A DNA stretch of 64,000 nt from an uncultured Armatimonadetes bacterium (GCA_963717145.1 OY970325.1:1920001-1984000); one strand, 5' to 3'. Positions 39,978 to 53,500 are shown, numbered from the stretch's first letter. Program-made: numbers and translations. Notes: generated by a model from the sequence alone, not told the origin.

Positions 39978-42900
39978 CTCTCTTGTCCCCTGGCTACAGG
40001 CAATTCAACTCGAAATGTTGTTCCCTTGCCGACCTCAGTGTTCACAAGGGATAGGCGTCCGCCATGTCTGGGCAGCACCAAGCCAGTGACCCAGAGCATT
40101 ATGCCTAGACCCACATCAGCAACGCTGGTCGGTGGTCCTCTCTATCGGTTTCCTGATGATCTTATCACGCAGCTTCGCATCCATCCCGACCCCATTGTCT
40201 TCGATATCCACACGGATGCATCCCTGAGTTGCCGAGACAGACACCCGCAACCGACCTTTGTTCCCCATGGCTCGATAGCCATTTGTGACAAGGTTAGCCA
40301 GCGTCAGGTACAGCCAGTAGCTGTTGGCTCGTACCGTCGGCAGATCTTCTGCCAGAACAAGATCGAGTCTGACTCCAGTAGGAGAAGGGTTATCGTCTAC
40401 AACCTTCTGGATAATCGGTTCTACTCGCAAGAGCCTTGCGTCCGAAACGTCCCTGAGTGGAATCAGAATATCCTCGACGAATTTCTGGAGCGCTCCGATA
40501 TTATGCTCCAGTTCATCGAGTGCTTCAGGAGGAGAGCCTTGGGTATTGCAGAGTGCCCGGCGAAGCTTACTCAGCCATGCTCCAGACCTTCCTGCAAACC
40601 GGCCAAGTTCATGTGCTATTGCAGTTGCCGCTAGTCCAAGACCTGTCAGCTTCTCAGCTTGCAGAAGCTCGTTCTGGGCTCTCTGATGGCTTATAGATAT
40701 GGCAGCTTGGCCAGCCAAGTGGCTCAGCAGTTGGCTATCCCACGACGTGAAGCTGTAGGGATCTTGATCATTGTTGGTAAACACCTGAAAGACTCCTATA
40801 GTCGTGTCTTTTGTAACGAGTGGCACAGATAGGACTGAAACCAGTCCGCTGGCTCCTGCAACGTCTCGAAATTCATGCCCTTTGAGCGTGCGCCAATCCA
40901 ACTGACACTCAGACCGCTGTCTCAAGAAAACACCGCCGATGAACGAACCTTCGATGGGCACATGTTTCCCCTCCAAGACGGCGGCTGTACCGCGTGCTGC
41001 CGCCAGTTCCAACTCCAGTCCATCATCAGACTGCAGCCAGATGCATCCACTAGGCACAAACAGCAGATCACACGCGCAGTCGAGCAACTCGGTCAGCAGT
41101 TCATCAAGGTCTCTGCTGCCCACAGCGCCTGCAACTCGCCGCAGCACATCCAGCATCCGGGCGCCCTCCAGTGCCACACCCGCCTGCATGGTTATCGCAT
41201 GCAGCAACTTGAGGTCGTCCTGCCAGAACCTCTCCTCGTGCCCGGGACCAACAATCAGTATGCCGAGTAGAGAATCACGAAGCAGTATAGGAGCGCACAG
41301 GACGGTAGACTGCGGGTAGAAACAAGCGCCAGCCAGTGGATCTCCTTCAGTCAGCTTGACCAGGTGCGGCAGCTTCTTATCGCGGGTGACTCGCCTGATT
41401 GCACCCCTCTTCCCGGTTATTGCAGGAGGATCTCCCGGTCTGACCATACCCCGATGGACATGCGCCTGGAATTCTCCAGATTGCTGTTCGTAGAGCAGCA
41501 GAATTCCCTGCGAGCTGCGAACCGCTGTCATACCTTCGTCGAGAAGTCCCCTAAGTATGTCCTCCGTATCCAGAGATCGACTCAACCAGTCAGAGACCTT
41601 CTGGTGCGTCTCCAGCTCAGCAATCCGGCGCTGATCTACGTGACTGAACACGCGGGAGTTCTCGATGGCTATCGCAGCATACTCGGCAAGCATGCTGGCC
41701 AGACTCACATCAAGCGCGCTGAACCTGCGCACGTCCTTGCTGGCTACGGCTAGCACGCCTATGTGCTGCCCCCGTTGCATGAGCGGAGCCACCAACACGG
41801 TGCTCGCGCCGCGAGACTTATAGGACTTGAGATACCTGTTGGTGGTCTGAGCGTGAAGATCCTGGACAATATGGAGTGAACCAGTCTCTTGCTCCCAGTT
41901 CGGCAGCGCGTCAGATAGCGTAAGACCTCTTGGTGCCGGGCCGACGCCCGTACCAGGCACTCGCACGTAGAGTTTCAGCTCTTCATCCTCCAACAGCCAG
42001 AGATCCGCCATATCTGCCTGAGTCTGACCTACCACGGCGTCGACTACTGTCTTTAGTGTTTCGTCCAACTGGAGACCCAGGTTGATTGATTTGCCAGCCT
42101 CCAAGACGTGTCTCAGTTTGGACACGGTCTCAGCGTTCTCCAACGCAATTGCAGCATGCGTTGCGTACATATTTGCTATATGCATATCCAGGAAATCGAA
42201 CGAGTCGCCGCCGAGGGGTCGGTTCAAACTCAGAATACCCAGAGTCATGCCGCTGTGCTTCAGTGGAAGCACGATAGACCTGCCAATCTGGTCTTTCCGC
42301 TGGAGAGCAACACCAGGGGTACTATCAGAAGGAAGAACGATGGTTTCCCCACTAGTTCTTGCCAGATCGGCTATTGGTGCTTCATCGACACCAAGCAGTG
42401 CAAACGGTGAGGGTGCGGATTCGGGCAGACCTGAAGCCGCATGCATGCGCATGGCATCTCCGCCAGGCGGGCACAGAAGAACTGATCCCGACTCGCCTTG
42501 GAATAGCTTCAGCGCAAATCCGAGAATCATCTCCGGCAGGGCTTCTATATCAACAGTCTGACTCAGACTGGAAACGGCCTCGTCCAATTGGTTTAGCCGT
42601 TCAATCTGGCTCTTATGCTCATCCAGGTTCTGGGCGTTCTCCAATACAAGGCCGAGACGTGCCGCGATATGGGCTAGCATGTTAATCTCATCCATGCCAA
42701 ACCCTTCGCTATCCGTCACAGGTTTGTGGACGTTCAACACGCCTAATGCTCTCCCGCGCACGCTGATGGGAAAATGGGCAACAGAACCTATACTCCTGAT
42801 GTAATCCTGCCGTCTGGGGTTCCCGGATGCTGCCTCTAGTTGCTCCTTGCATAAGTCCGTATCCTGAACTCGGTTCTCGTAGAGGTACGGCACTTCACCT

Positions 42901-43694
42901 CTCAGAATTGGCCCCAGAAGCCGGTCATCGCTAGATATCTCCTCTGGTATCACATCCTCATATTCACTTTTAACCGAATAGACTCGGAGGTTCCCGGACT
43001 CTGGATTGAGCAGGCGTATGTGGCCATTATGGCAACCCAACAGATGCATTGAGTCCTCCAATGCCGTACTTAGGAGGCGCTCCACATCTTCCTCAGTAAC
43101 AAGCATCCGATCGATCATATTGAGCAGCCCAAGGTGATCCTGAAGGCTCTTGGCACGATAGGCCGTTTCGGAAATGACAGCGGCTACACGTTCCAGCAAT
43201 CTCATCCGCTGACGAAACTGCCGGTTGGTGACCGTTGGCACTGCATCCAAGGCCTCTCGGAATTCCTCAATGGGGAGCCCGAGTTCCCTGGCCAAACCTA
43301 GTTGGTGCTCGGAAGAGGGCTGTTGTTCGTGGTCTTGCACCCACATCTGGCCCCCGAAAATGGTGGCAGTATGGTACGGCCCCACGAATATAGGTACAGC
43401 AAAGTCATGTAGGTGACCCACGTCGCAAAGGTAATCGATTGGCTGCCTACTGAGGGCAACGATGTCAGCATACTTCCTGTCGCAGGCCTGACAGGCACCG
43501 ACACACTTGGCTCGTATCATCTTGCAGTAATCGGTTAGATTGCTGGGCTGCGTTATCCACCTGCCCTCAGGATCCATAATGACCGTGGCAGTGTTTGTGG
43601 CATCCGCAAAGGTGTCCTGGAACTCCTGCAGAGTGTCCTCTGGCAAGAGATCAAGCAGAACTGGGCTGGCATGGATATTGGTGGCAAGACTCAT
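39946..43694 (-). CDS. Sensor histidine kinase: PocR + five GAF domains + HisKA/HATPase; frameshift near 40140 separates the G2 box
   Basis: PocR (LQEFQDTFADAT, YCKMIR, C.ACD, YLC..GHL.DFAVPI); five GAF repeats; AIAHELG, NLVTNG, EDNGVGM. An alternative frame continues VGLGIML...HGGRL...GKGTTFRVELP. Confidence 0.85.
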
Positions 43695-43789
43695 GGCTCA
43701 TCATATCTCCAGTTGACAGCGAACATGCGACAACTCTACTGCTGGGCGTAGTAGTTACCAGCCAGTAGCATGAGGACGAAGTGGCTATA

Positions 43790-43818
43790 AGTATATCAGG
43801 CGTCAGCCTCGTTGTCAA
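43790..43818 (-). promoter_or_regulatory. Sigma70-type promoter of the kinase operon
   Basis: TTGACA-17 bp-TATACT. Confidence 0.7.
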
Positions 43819-43832
43819 TAGGCTATTCTTTC

Positions 43833-45310
43833 TGAAGAGTTCATGATCGTTGATAGTGAAGTTGGTCAGTCTGGATCGGTCGCGAGTGTCTGAGGAACCC
43901 CCGCGAGCATCCGCCGACATGACTCCATCGTATCTTCACCTCCCAAGTGCCAGGTCCCGAACAGACTCATCAGCGCCATTCGGGTCTCCGATCCTTTCGC
44001 CGATCGTGTGCCTCCGCTTACCTTCCGCGCCGTTACCGCAGGCCGTATCGCCCGCTCTGCCGCGTTGTTCTCGCTCGGCACTTCCGGACATTCTACGAAG
44101 ACAAACAGCTCCGGCAGGAACCTCTCGATCCGCTGAGCCAGTATCCGCTGTGGAACATCCCGCTTCAGGTATGGCTTGGCGAGTCGAAGCAACTCGTCCT
44201 CAAATGCGATCCGCTGCTTCTGCCGAGCCTTCAACTCCTCGTTCGAATATCTCTTCGCGCGCCTTTAGACGGCCTTGACCTTGCCGGCCCAGACTGCTAC
44301 CCCTCTCTTGTCAGGGTTCGCCTCGACGAGCGTTCGCAAGTCCCGCAGGTAGTGCACCCAACACCGCTGATGCCAACCGAGCAGCACGTTGTAGCCGCAG
44401 TAGAAGTCGCTTACGACTACACCCTCGTAGTCCTCTCCCAGCACGTCTTTTGCGACCTGGCCGCTCCGACTCTTGTTTCGGACGAAGTAGCGCACGCGTG
44501 GCGTCGTGAAGCTCCAGATGTATCCGTTCTTCCCATCTTCCCGCCAGCCGGTCTCATCCGCGTTCACCGTAGGGCTTCCTCTGACTGCTTGCAGAAGTTT
44601 CTCTACCTCCGGCTTGCCCATGGAGGCCACCTTCTGGAGTATCTTCGCGATCTCTCCGAGCCCGAGATGCAGACCGTAGAGCGACTCCAGAAGCTTCTGC
44701 ACACGCTCAACCGGCATTCTGCACACAGTGTGGAGATAGCTCACCAGGCTCATCAGCCTTATGCCCACACGGTGCGTTCCGATTACCTCCCTGGAGAGAT
44801 CGAGCTTTGGCACATGCCTCTTGTGGCAGACTCCGCAGTACCGCCCGATCACCCGATGCTCGATGACCCTGACCGGTGCTATCGGTATCTCGATTACTTG
44901 CCGGCTGTGATGCACCGTGCCGCCCGAAAGCTCCCTGCCGCAGTCCGGACAGGTGTCGAGCGCGTGCTCCACGATCGCAGTCGGAGTCTCCCTCAGCCGC
45001 GCAAACGACTTCTGCCGCTTCTTGCGGTCTTTCTTCTTGCGCTAGGGCCGGTTTGCCTTCACAAAGGCAGGAATCGTCCTGCCGCCGCCACCGAGCTTGG
45101 ACCGGAGTTCCTCGTTCTCCTTCTCAAGCGCTCGGACGCCTTCGGTCAGGGTGTCCATCCCTTCACGCAACTCCAGGACGGCCCGATGCTGCTCCAAGAC
45201 GATGGCGATCAGTTCTTCTCTTGATAGGTTGCCGAGATCGTTCACAACCTACCATTCGACAACCCGCTCCAAGGTTCCTGCTTAGATTATCAATGATCGT
45301 GAACTCTTAC
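43833..45310 (-). mobile_element. IS66-family (single-ORF, ISBst12-like) insertion sequence, inactive
   Basis: Inverted repeat gtaagagttcacgatcattgataat (reverse complement of 45286-45310) versus tgaagagttcatgatcgttgatagt (43833-43857). Confidence 0.85.
43866..45245 (-). pseudogene. IS66 transposase with two in-frame nonsense codons
   Basis: Coiled coil, CPDCG, ADETGW, VVSDFY, QRCWVHYLRD, NNAAERAIR; TAG at 45042-45044 and TAA at 44265-44267 in one continuous frame. Confidence 0.9.
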
Positions 45311-45443
45311 GATTACCTGCGCTCGCTGGTTGATTTGACCATTGATGATTGTCTGCAGGCTTTTTACGCTCTTGCACCGCACCTTCGTACTGGCCTAAAT
45401 GGTGTCATCATGCGGACTAGGGACACCCACTACCCGGCATGTC

Positions 45444-46589
45444 CTACTGGGCGCTCTTCCATGGCAGAGTTGGTATCGTATCGGCTTGGCTGAACAGACT
45501 GGATCGCAGAGTACCGAGCATGCTTGGGCTGCTGCTGGACCCAGGCTGGGATAAATAGCTGTAGCTGTAGAGTACAACACCTTGTGCTCCGGAGGTTCGG
45601 GCGAACTCCAACTGGTGCTGGGTCTGGTCTATCGGCAGTCTCCATGCGCCCTGGCCGATATAGACATGCCGACCGTGAGCACAGGAGAGCGCATTCTTTG
45701 CCGCCGCCTTGAATGCCTCATCATCGAGCGCGAAGATCATCGGCACGGCGAAGTCGATGATTCCCTCGTCGAGCCATGCGTTCCAGTCCTGGAAGAACTG
45801 ATCGTATGCGACCGATCGGTTACCGAATACCGATGCGGAAACCTTGACCCCAGGCTTAGCCGCAGTGACGTCATGGTAGATCTCGCGAACGAGAGTGGTT
45901 ATCTGCTCCCTGCGCCATCCGGACCATGCAGAATCGGTCTCCTCGGGACTTCCCGTCTTCGCCTGCTCGGTGTTGAACCGCCCCAGGCTGATGGCATTGT
46001 AGCCGGTGTCCTGTCCCAGGTAGCGAACGTTGTCGAGATGCAGGCCGTCGATGTCATAGCGGTTGGCGATGTCCATCACGACGGACCGAGTATACTGCCT
46101 GACCTCAGGAATACCCGGATCGAGCAGCATTTTCCCCGCCTGTAAGCTCGTCTTGCTGTCCCTTGTACGCATCAGCCATTCGGGATGCTTGTTCACCACA
46201 TGCTCTGCCACTGTCTTGTAGAACTTCGAATCGGCGAAGACGTCATAGACACTGATCCATGCGTGTACCTCGATGCCGGCCTTGTGCGCCTTCTCGATTA
46301 CATCGGCGAGCGAATCATAGTCACCGGCCAAGTCGCTTGCTCTCGGTTCGATCGTCGACGAATAGTATGCGTCACCGCGCTTGCGCACCTGGACAATAAG
46401 CGCGTTGATGTTCGACTCCTTGGCCCTTGCCACCAATTCGCTCGTCTGTTCCGGGGTCTTGATTCCGGAATGGAATGCATCCACCCACAGCCCCCGGAAC
46501 TCAGCGGCCGATAACGGAAGGCACGCCTGCAGTAGGAGCACGCATAGTACAGCAGTGCCGGCTGATCTCGCGCCCAATCTACTAATCAT
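45444..46589 (-). CDS. Secreted GHL10 (DUF187) glycosyl hydrolase-like protein
   Basis: Signal peptide; EFRGLWVDAF, VQVRKRGDAYY, GIEVHAW, HPEW, LDPGIPEV, YDIDGLHLD, QDW..W. Confidence 0.92.
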   Translation of the reverse strand: MISRLGARSAGTAVLCVLLLQACLPLSAAEFRGLWVDAFHSGIKTPEQTSELVARAKESNINALIVQVRKRGDAYYSSTIEPRASDLAGDYDSLADVIEKAHKAGIEVHAWISVYDVFADSKFYKTVAEHVVNKHPEWLMRTRDSKTSLQAGKMLLDPGIPEVRQYTRSVVMDIANRYDIDGLHLDNVRYLGQDTGYNAISLGRFNTEQAKTGSPEETDSAWSGWRREQITTLVREIYHDVTAAKPGVKVSASVFGNRSVAYDQFFQDWNAWLDEGIIDFAVPMIFALDDEAFKAAAKNALSCAHGRHVYIGQGAWRLPIDQTQHQLEFARTSGAQGVVLYSYSYLSQPGSSSSPSMLGTLRSSLFSQADTIPTLPWKSAQ

Positions 46590-46644
46590 AGGTCACCTCG
46601 ACTTCCAATCATATGATATCCCGACTACTGCTCCCCGCCGTGAG

Positions 46645-47094
46645 CTATCTCGTATCCTCGGAATCCGTATCTTCGGCGGGACAGTCCCACTCGCCGGTAG
46701 CCTCATACGTGAGCATGGCATAGACCTTCTCGAAGTCATGCACATAGGCAACAAGCCCATCGGACAAACGATCATGGTAGTATTCGCACTCCAAAGACGG
46801 CGGACGAGCAGTGAAACTACCATCTTCCCATACGCGCATCTGCCAGAACTGCGACAACCTTGCGTCCACAATCTCGAAGAGCAGTATCGGCGACTGCAGA
46901 AGCGTCCCATCATCATCCACGTATTCGACATACAGCCCCGTGCCGTATAGTGACGAGTCGATGTAGGAATACAGTCCCACAACGACATACTCCCTACCAA
47001 CGGTGAGACCAAAGGCCTGGGACCGATGGAAACTTGGTCCCAACCGGGCAATATGCTCTTCGCTAGGATACTCGTAAAGACACTTGATTATCAT
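46645..47094 (-). CDS. Putative immunity protein, second copy
   Basis: 149 aa, 125/149 identical to 47136-47585 by manual count; located downstream of the RHS gene. Confidence 0.75.
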   Translation of the reverse strand: MIIKCLYEYPSEEHIARLGPSFHRSQAFGLTVGREYVVVGLYSYIDSSLYGTGLYVEYVDDDGTLLQSPILLFEIVDARLSQFWQMRVWEDGSFTARPPSLECEYYHDRLSDGLVAYVHDFEKVYAMLTYEATGEWDCPAEDTDSEDTR

Positions 47095-47135
47095 CTCTTC
47101 TCACCAGATGCCGGCCCCTTCGTCTCTCGCTCGCC

Positions 47136-47585
47136 CTACTGGGTACCCCATTCCTCAGTGTCCTCGGCGGGACAGTCCCACTCGCCGGCAGCCTCATACA
47201 TGAGCATGGCATAGACCTTCTCGAAGTCTTGCACATAGGCAACAAGCCCATCGGATAAACGAGCATGGTAGTATTCGCACTCCAAAGACGGCGGACGGGC
47301 GGTGAACGTACCATCTTCCCATACGCGCATCTGCCAGAACTGCGACAACCTTGCGTCCACAATCTCGAAGAGCAGTATCGGCGCCTGCAGAAGCGTCCCA
47401 TCATCGTCTACGTATTCGACGTACAGCCCTGTGCCGCGGAGTGACGAGTTGACATAGGAATACAGCCCAACTACGACGTACTCCTTGCCGATGGTGAGAC
47501 CGAAGCTCTGTGATCGGTAGAAACTCGTCCCCAACTGGGCGATACGCTCTTCGCTAGGATAATCGTAGAGACACCTGACTATCAT
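47136..47585 (-). CDS. Putative cognate immunity protein of the RHS toxin
   Basis: ATGA overlap with the RHS stop codon; LTIGKEYVV...PILLFEIVDARLSQFW. Confidence 0.78.
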   Translation of the reverse strand: MIVRCLYDYPSEERIAQLGTSFYRSQSFGLTIGKEYVVVGLYSYVNSSLRGTGLYVEYVDDDGTLLQAPILLFEIVDARLSQFWQMRVWEDGTFTARPPSLECEYYHARLSDGLVAYVQDFEKVYAMLMYEAAGEWDCPAEDTEEWGTQ

Positions 47586-50500
47586 TTCTTCTTCCCTGAT
47601 CCCGAAGTTCCTTTCCCAGCAGACGCCTTCGGCTTAGGTGTATCCACCTTCGCCTTCACGTCAACCTTCTCGCCAGTCTTGAGGTTCTCATACCAGTGTG
47701 CGGAGACTTTCTTCCCGCTATACAACTCCTTGGCGGGGCTACTCATTTTGGCCCAGTCACCTGCAGCCGTACCAGGATGCTGATTCATTAGTCTTGGGAG
47801 ATCATCTATTTGAGTCCCTACGTGCGTCGCCCTACCTGCAAATGTCTTCATCTCATGGAACGCCAGTTCTTCTGCCAAAGTAGTACATGCGTCCGTACCT
47901 GTTACGAACTTCTTTGCCTTGCTGGAGACCTTTGCGAGGCCCTTCGCGGCAGATGAAGCACCCTTCGTGGCAGATGCACTCTTCGCGGCAAACCCGGGCG
48001 CAGAAGCGGCTCCAGCACCTATCGTTGCAGCGGTGATCAACACCGTCCCAAAAGACTCGCCGAACTTCCTGGGATCACTCGTCGTAGTCCATTCCGTATA
48101 GGACTTTACCGCCCCTTTGAGAATCGCTCCACCTGCTGCGCCGACCCCTTCAGACTTGGCGAGATTGTAGACCGCAGCTACACCCTTCACTGTCTCCACC
48201 GGGTTCGCCGCATCCCAGTAACCCAGGAACACCTGACCAACATCGTGGAGATGACCATCTGGCGCCAGCCCGGTAGGATCTGTGTTGGTCACTGGGTTGT
48301 TACCAACGTATGCGTACCAGTTTCTGCCATCGCAACTCGGATCCAAGGTGATGAACCTGCCTGTCACCGGATCGTAGTATCTGGCGCCGCATTTCATCAG
48401 GCCTGTGTCCGGATCCGAATAGTATCCTTCCTTACCTACGTAGGCGTGCCTCGTGTCCGTCGTACCTATGCGCTGCAGCATGTTTCCCCACGCGTCGTAT
48501 ACAAGCCTGTCCCCCGTGGAAACACCGGCGGTGCTTGTCATTCTGATAGTACTGCCGAGATGATCGTGGTGGTAGTAGCTCGTTATGCCGCCCGACGTTT
48601 CGCTGATCTCCGGGTTATACCAGGTCAGGACATTGCCAGAGGAGTCGAGTTCCTGGAAGAGAAGGCCATCGCCGTACAAGTAACGCCGTGTTCCCCTGCT
48701 GTCGCTGGTCTGTGTGCGATCCCCGGATGCGTTGTATAGGAATGTGTCAGTTCTGCCGGGCATGACAACACTTGTGAGTTGGTTCTCGAAATCGTACCCA
48801 TACTCGGTAGTGCCGGACGGCGCTCGCTTGCGCCAGATGTTGCTATTGGCATCATAATCGAGGTAGGTGTAGCCGGCACCCTGCGAACCGTAGTCGGCAA
48901 GCCTACCGTTCGCGTCGTAGTGATACTCGGTGATCGACGTGCCGCTGGTCTTGGTGAGTCTGTTCCCGTTCGGATCGTATGCATAGCTGTAGCTATAGGG
49001 GACATCACCTGTCCTAGTCTCGGACTTCAATCTGTACAGCCAGTCGTAGGCATACGTGGCTGCTCCGAGACCGTCGGTCGCGGTGAGTATGTTCCCCACA
49101 TTGTCGTATGTGTAAGTGCATCCGTACATCAAAGCACCGTCGGCCTGGTAATGCGAGAGGTTCGACACGAGGTTCCTGGCGTTGCGGTAGCGAGACGGCG
49201 ACGGCGCCAGGCCATCGTTGTAGGCGTAGACAGTCCAGGCGCCATTCGGAAGTGTCTTCTTGGACAGCCGCCCTCGGAAGTCGTACTCATAACTGGTAAT
49301 CCCCCCGTTGGGGTCCTGCAGGCTACGAAGCCTGTCGTCCGGGTAGTACTCAAACCCGTAGGTAGCCAGCGGCGTGTCATTCAGGTCCCTGATCTGGACT
49401 ACCTTCCTGCACTCACTACCCGTGTACTCGTAGTGGATCTTCCGCCCGATGTCGAATCGCATCTCGTCGGTCATCCTGCCGACGCTGTCGTATACGTACT
49501 CACGAGCGGGCCAGGCCGGGCTGTGTACCCAACTGTGGGTAGTGGGATTCCAGTCATATGTCCAGTCGCACACCTTGCGGAGCAGGCCATCGGCGTCATA
49601 CTCAAACTTCACCTTCTGGTCCGGGGTACCACTGGTACCCACGTAATAGCACCGAGCTACACACCTGTTCGCCGCATCGTACTCGTACTTGATCCTGTTC
49701 TGGCGGCCATCAATCTGCTCCACGAGGTTATCGTTCTGATCGTAGAAATGCCTGACTGTGGTACCGTGAGAAGTCACACGACATGGCCTGCTGAAGGAAT
49801 CATACTCGTATGTGGCCACCGTGCGAGGCGTAGTCCATCCAGGTCCACTGACCCGAACCTCCTTCAGATTACCTACCGCGTCGTGCACATAGTCGGTCGT
49901 CACCCAGTTTGAGGCATCTTCCTGATGTCTTTCCTGTGACAGACACCCCAAGTAGTCATGCGTATACTCCGACACGCGACCATTCTCGTCAGTGGCTCTG
50001 CCGGTCTGGCCTGTAGGCAGGTATTCCTTCCTAGACTCGGTATCGCCCGAGTGCCAGATCTTGTAAGGACGACCGAGCTTATCGTAATCGAGTTGCACAA
50101 GCGCCAAAGCATCAGTGGAAGTGGTTCTTGGCAGTGCTTCCCAGTACTTGTTGCCTAGCGCATCATATCCGGACAGAACAGTCCTCCCTGTCTGATCGGT
50201 CGACTTATCCACGTACTGCTGGTAGCGTTGGTCGTAATGATATGTCATGGCTGGAGGAACCTGCTCGCCGTTCTGGTAGGGCCCAATCGTGGAAACAACA
50301 TTGCCGTAAGCATCATAGCCGAAGTCAGTAGCGATGTTTACGTTGTTGGGGTCCACCTGTGCTTTCGTCAAGTGGTAATTGCTGTCGTAGGTATTGCGAG
50401 TAAGCCGACCGGCCGCAGTGGTCAGCGTGTACAGGCAATTCCCAGCAGTATAGGTCATCGCCGTGGTCTTGCCAAGAGGGTTGGTGACAGAGAGCAGATT

Positions 50501-53500
50501 GCCCAGATTATTCGCGTCCCAACCGAAAGAGCTAACATAGCCACGAGCATCCCGATACCATTTGAGCCTGCCATCGCTATTGCGCCAGTTGAAGCACTCT
50601 GTGTAGTTCACGCCACAGCCATTCGAACTCCCACTTCTGGTTACATCATAGATGCGCAGTCCTCGCCAGAAATCTCGTCCCCAATGCTTTGCTTCAGCAT
50701 CGAACCACCAATCCGCATATCGATAGAGTATCTTCTCTCCGATAGGGGTAGTGACAGTGGTCTTGACCGCCGAGTGTTCGCAGTACCAAGGAGGAACAGG
50801 ATACGTAGACCAGTTCCAGGGATCATCCAGCCCGCCCTGGAGTAGTACATACCTGAACGAGGTCTTTCCTCCATGGCTATCCACTACATCCTTCAGCATG
50901 CCGCGCACGTAGTAGTACTGGAAGTTACCATGCGGCATGGAATCCCCTCCCAGCCCACATGGTAGGAGTAGGTCCAAGACTTGAGGTTGTCCGTCACTCT
51001 GGCCAAGCGCCCTTCCCCATCATAGGCAAGCGAGATTGTCTTACCGTCATACTGAACGAAGGGCACGTCCCCGGCCTGTGGCGCGGGATACTGAATACCG
51101 GTGAGCCGCCACGAGCTATCGTAGGAGAATGAGAACCTCTGGTAGTTCTGCCCAAATCTTCGACAAGAGTAGACCATTCTGGGCAGAGAGCGTCCGTCCG
51201 GCAGGCTATGCCAGAAGACCTGCATCCATCGACGGTTATCTGCGTCCCCAATCCATATCAACTGCTGTGGCCGCAGTTGGTCATAGTGCAAGGTCATCTT
51301 CTGCCCGGTGGGCTGTTCGATATACTTGGGCAACCAAGTGTTACTGCCAATAGGCCAGCAGTACCAAACCCTGGTATGATCCTTCCGTGTCACGATGAAG
51401 CCCTGTTCGCCGGCCGGTGCAGGCGTCAGCCCGTCGGTGTTCTCCCACCAAAGGGTATCGCGCACCCAGGACGATCCGCTACGCTTCCAGTACTGAGCAG
51501 TCCCAGACGGGTGATATACCCACACCTTGGAATCGCTCTTCTTCTGCAGAATCGACTGGTATGAGTACATCCATTTGTCTTTGCCGGCAGGTCGATCCTT
51601 GCGCTCGCTCTGGTGAACCATGCTGAAGTCTAGATCCAGATCTCCCATAGAATCCCAGCCCAATATGGGAATCGTCGTCAACACGATCCCGGTGGCGGTG
51701 TTTGCTACGGAGTAATCACTTATCGGCAGGACCTTCTGCGATTCAAACAAGTTGGGTTGGATGTTTCCCGGCAGGTCGCTCTCTCCGGGGCTTCCGGAGA
51801 GTAGATTCATCTGAAGCATCTGTTGCTGGTACTGCACAGTAACGGTTACACCGGGGCCTGGTGATTCCACCAGGCCAGCCTTATCCGCGGCGCGTGACCT
51901 GATCGTATAGGATCCTGAGGCCGTTACCGGAAATGTGTAGTTGAAGAAATCAGTCCCACTCGCCTCGATCCAGGTCACCCCGTCGTCAAGACTCAACTCA
52001 ACCTCTGCTACGCCCGACGTGCCATCAAAGGCGGTCCCGCTTACCTCGATGCTGTCGCCGACTATCTCCAGCCCGACTGCAGGTTCAATGATACTAGATC
52101 TGGGCACAACGGTATCCACAATCACGATGATTCCCGAACCAGGCGTCTCTGCGACCGGCGGAGTAGCAGTATCAGTAGCGCGGCTCTTTATCGTATACCT
52201 GCCGTCCTCCAAAGCATCCCAGGAATAGCTCCAGGTACTTGTCCCAGTCACATCGACCCATGACTGTTGTCCATCGTTACTTATCTCAACTCCGCTTACG
52301 CCGGGTATGCCGGTAGCAGTTCCTGATAGCACGACCGGTATGGAGGTGATGTACTCGCCACTTGCGTGGCTTGTAATCCGCGATTTGGGGCCTGAAGGAA
52401 CTTCAACGGCAATACCACCCATGATCTCCGGGTTTTGAATGTCATGTAGACCGTTATCATTGATGACCGCCAATGCGACTAACTTATCTCCAGCAAATGA
52501 TGCTTTGAAGACAATGCTCCAAGTGATGGACAGGCTGTTGTCTGCACCCGACACACCAGTGCTGGACAGATCGACTATCACATTCTCGTTCTCCAGCGTC
52601 ACGCTGGCCCCAGGGGTGTAGCCCTCTCCGCCCATCCACTCAACAGCACTATCATCAGACAACCAGCACTGGCCGGTGTTTTGGTTGTATAGCAGGTGGC
52701 ATGCTGATATCCCATCAAGCGTAGGTTCGTCTATCAGCAATTCAGCCGTACCGATATTGGTGTAGCGGCAGTAATCGGAATATGTGACGGTGAACGGCGT
52801 TGGAGTACCGGTGTACAGCGTCCCGGAAGACGGACTGAGAGAGGCATTCTCCGGAGGATTCGTGTCTTGCAGCGCGGTGAAGACATGCCCAATAGCACTC
52901 CAAGTACTCCAACCGAGCACGTTGTGCACCCGGACGAAGGCGTAGTACGGACCTCCCTCACTTAGCGTTAGATCACACAAAGCCGAGCCGTCTTGAACGT
53001 TAGCTGCGCAGTCGACCTCCGCATCCTCTACGAGCACCTCCCCGGAATCCCAGATGACACCGGTACCGGAACTATCTTCAGAACATATCCTCACCTGGAA
53101 CTGGTCGTGCATCGCAGCTCGCCAGGTGATAGTCGGGGTCAGCGAACAATAGGCCTCGCCTACCTCTGGATCCATGATCACCGGAGATGCAGGTGAACTA
53201 CCAAACACACGCACAGCAATCTGACTAGCCTCAGACATAGGATCGTCATTGGGGTTGCCGGCATCGTTGGCCGTGAGCGATACCAGATAACATCCAGTGG
53301 CAGCAAAAACGTGTGAGACCAGCGCCCCGGCTTCCTGCGGAGTGCCATCACCAAAATCCCAATTATAAGCAGTTATAGTATCACTGACCCGGTCAAGGTT
53401 GGAGTCGAAATCATCATCGTAGGAGGGCGAATCAGGGCAGTCACCCCTAAGGTAGACGATCTGTCCCAGCGTTACGTCAAGTACTCTCGACTGCCATGGC

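Noticed and set aside
46593-47404. Duplicated ORFs 46593-47051 and 47063-47404
   Set aside because: Alternative-frame shadows of the duplicated immunity genes.
46645-47585. Diversity-generating retroelement TR/VR pair
   Set aside because: Both copies are complete genes, there is no evident restriction of differences to adenines, and no reverse transcriptase is present.
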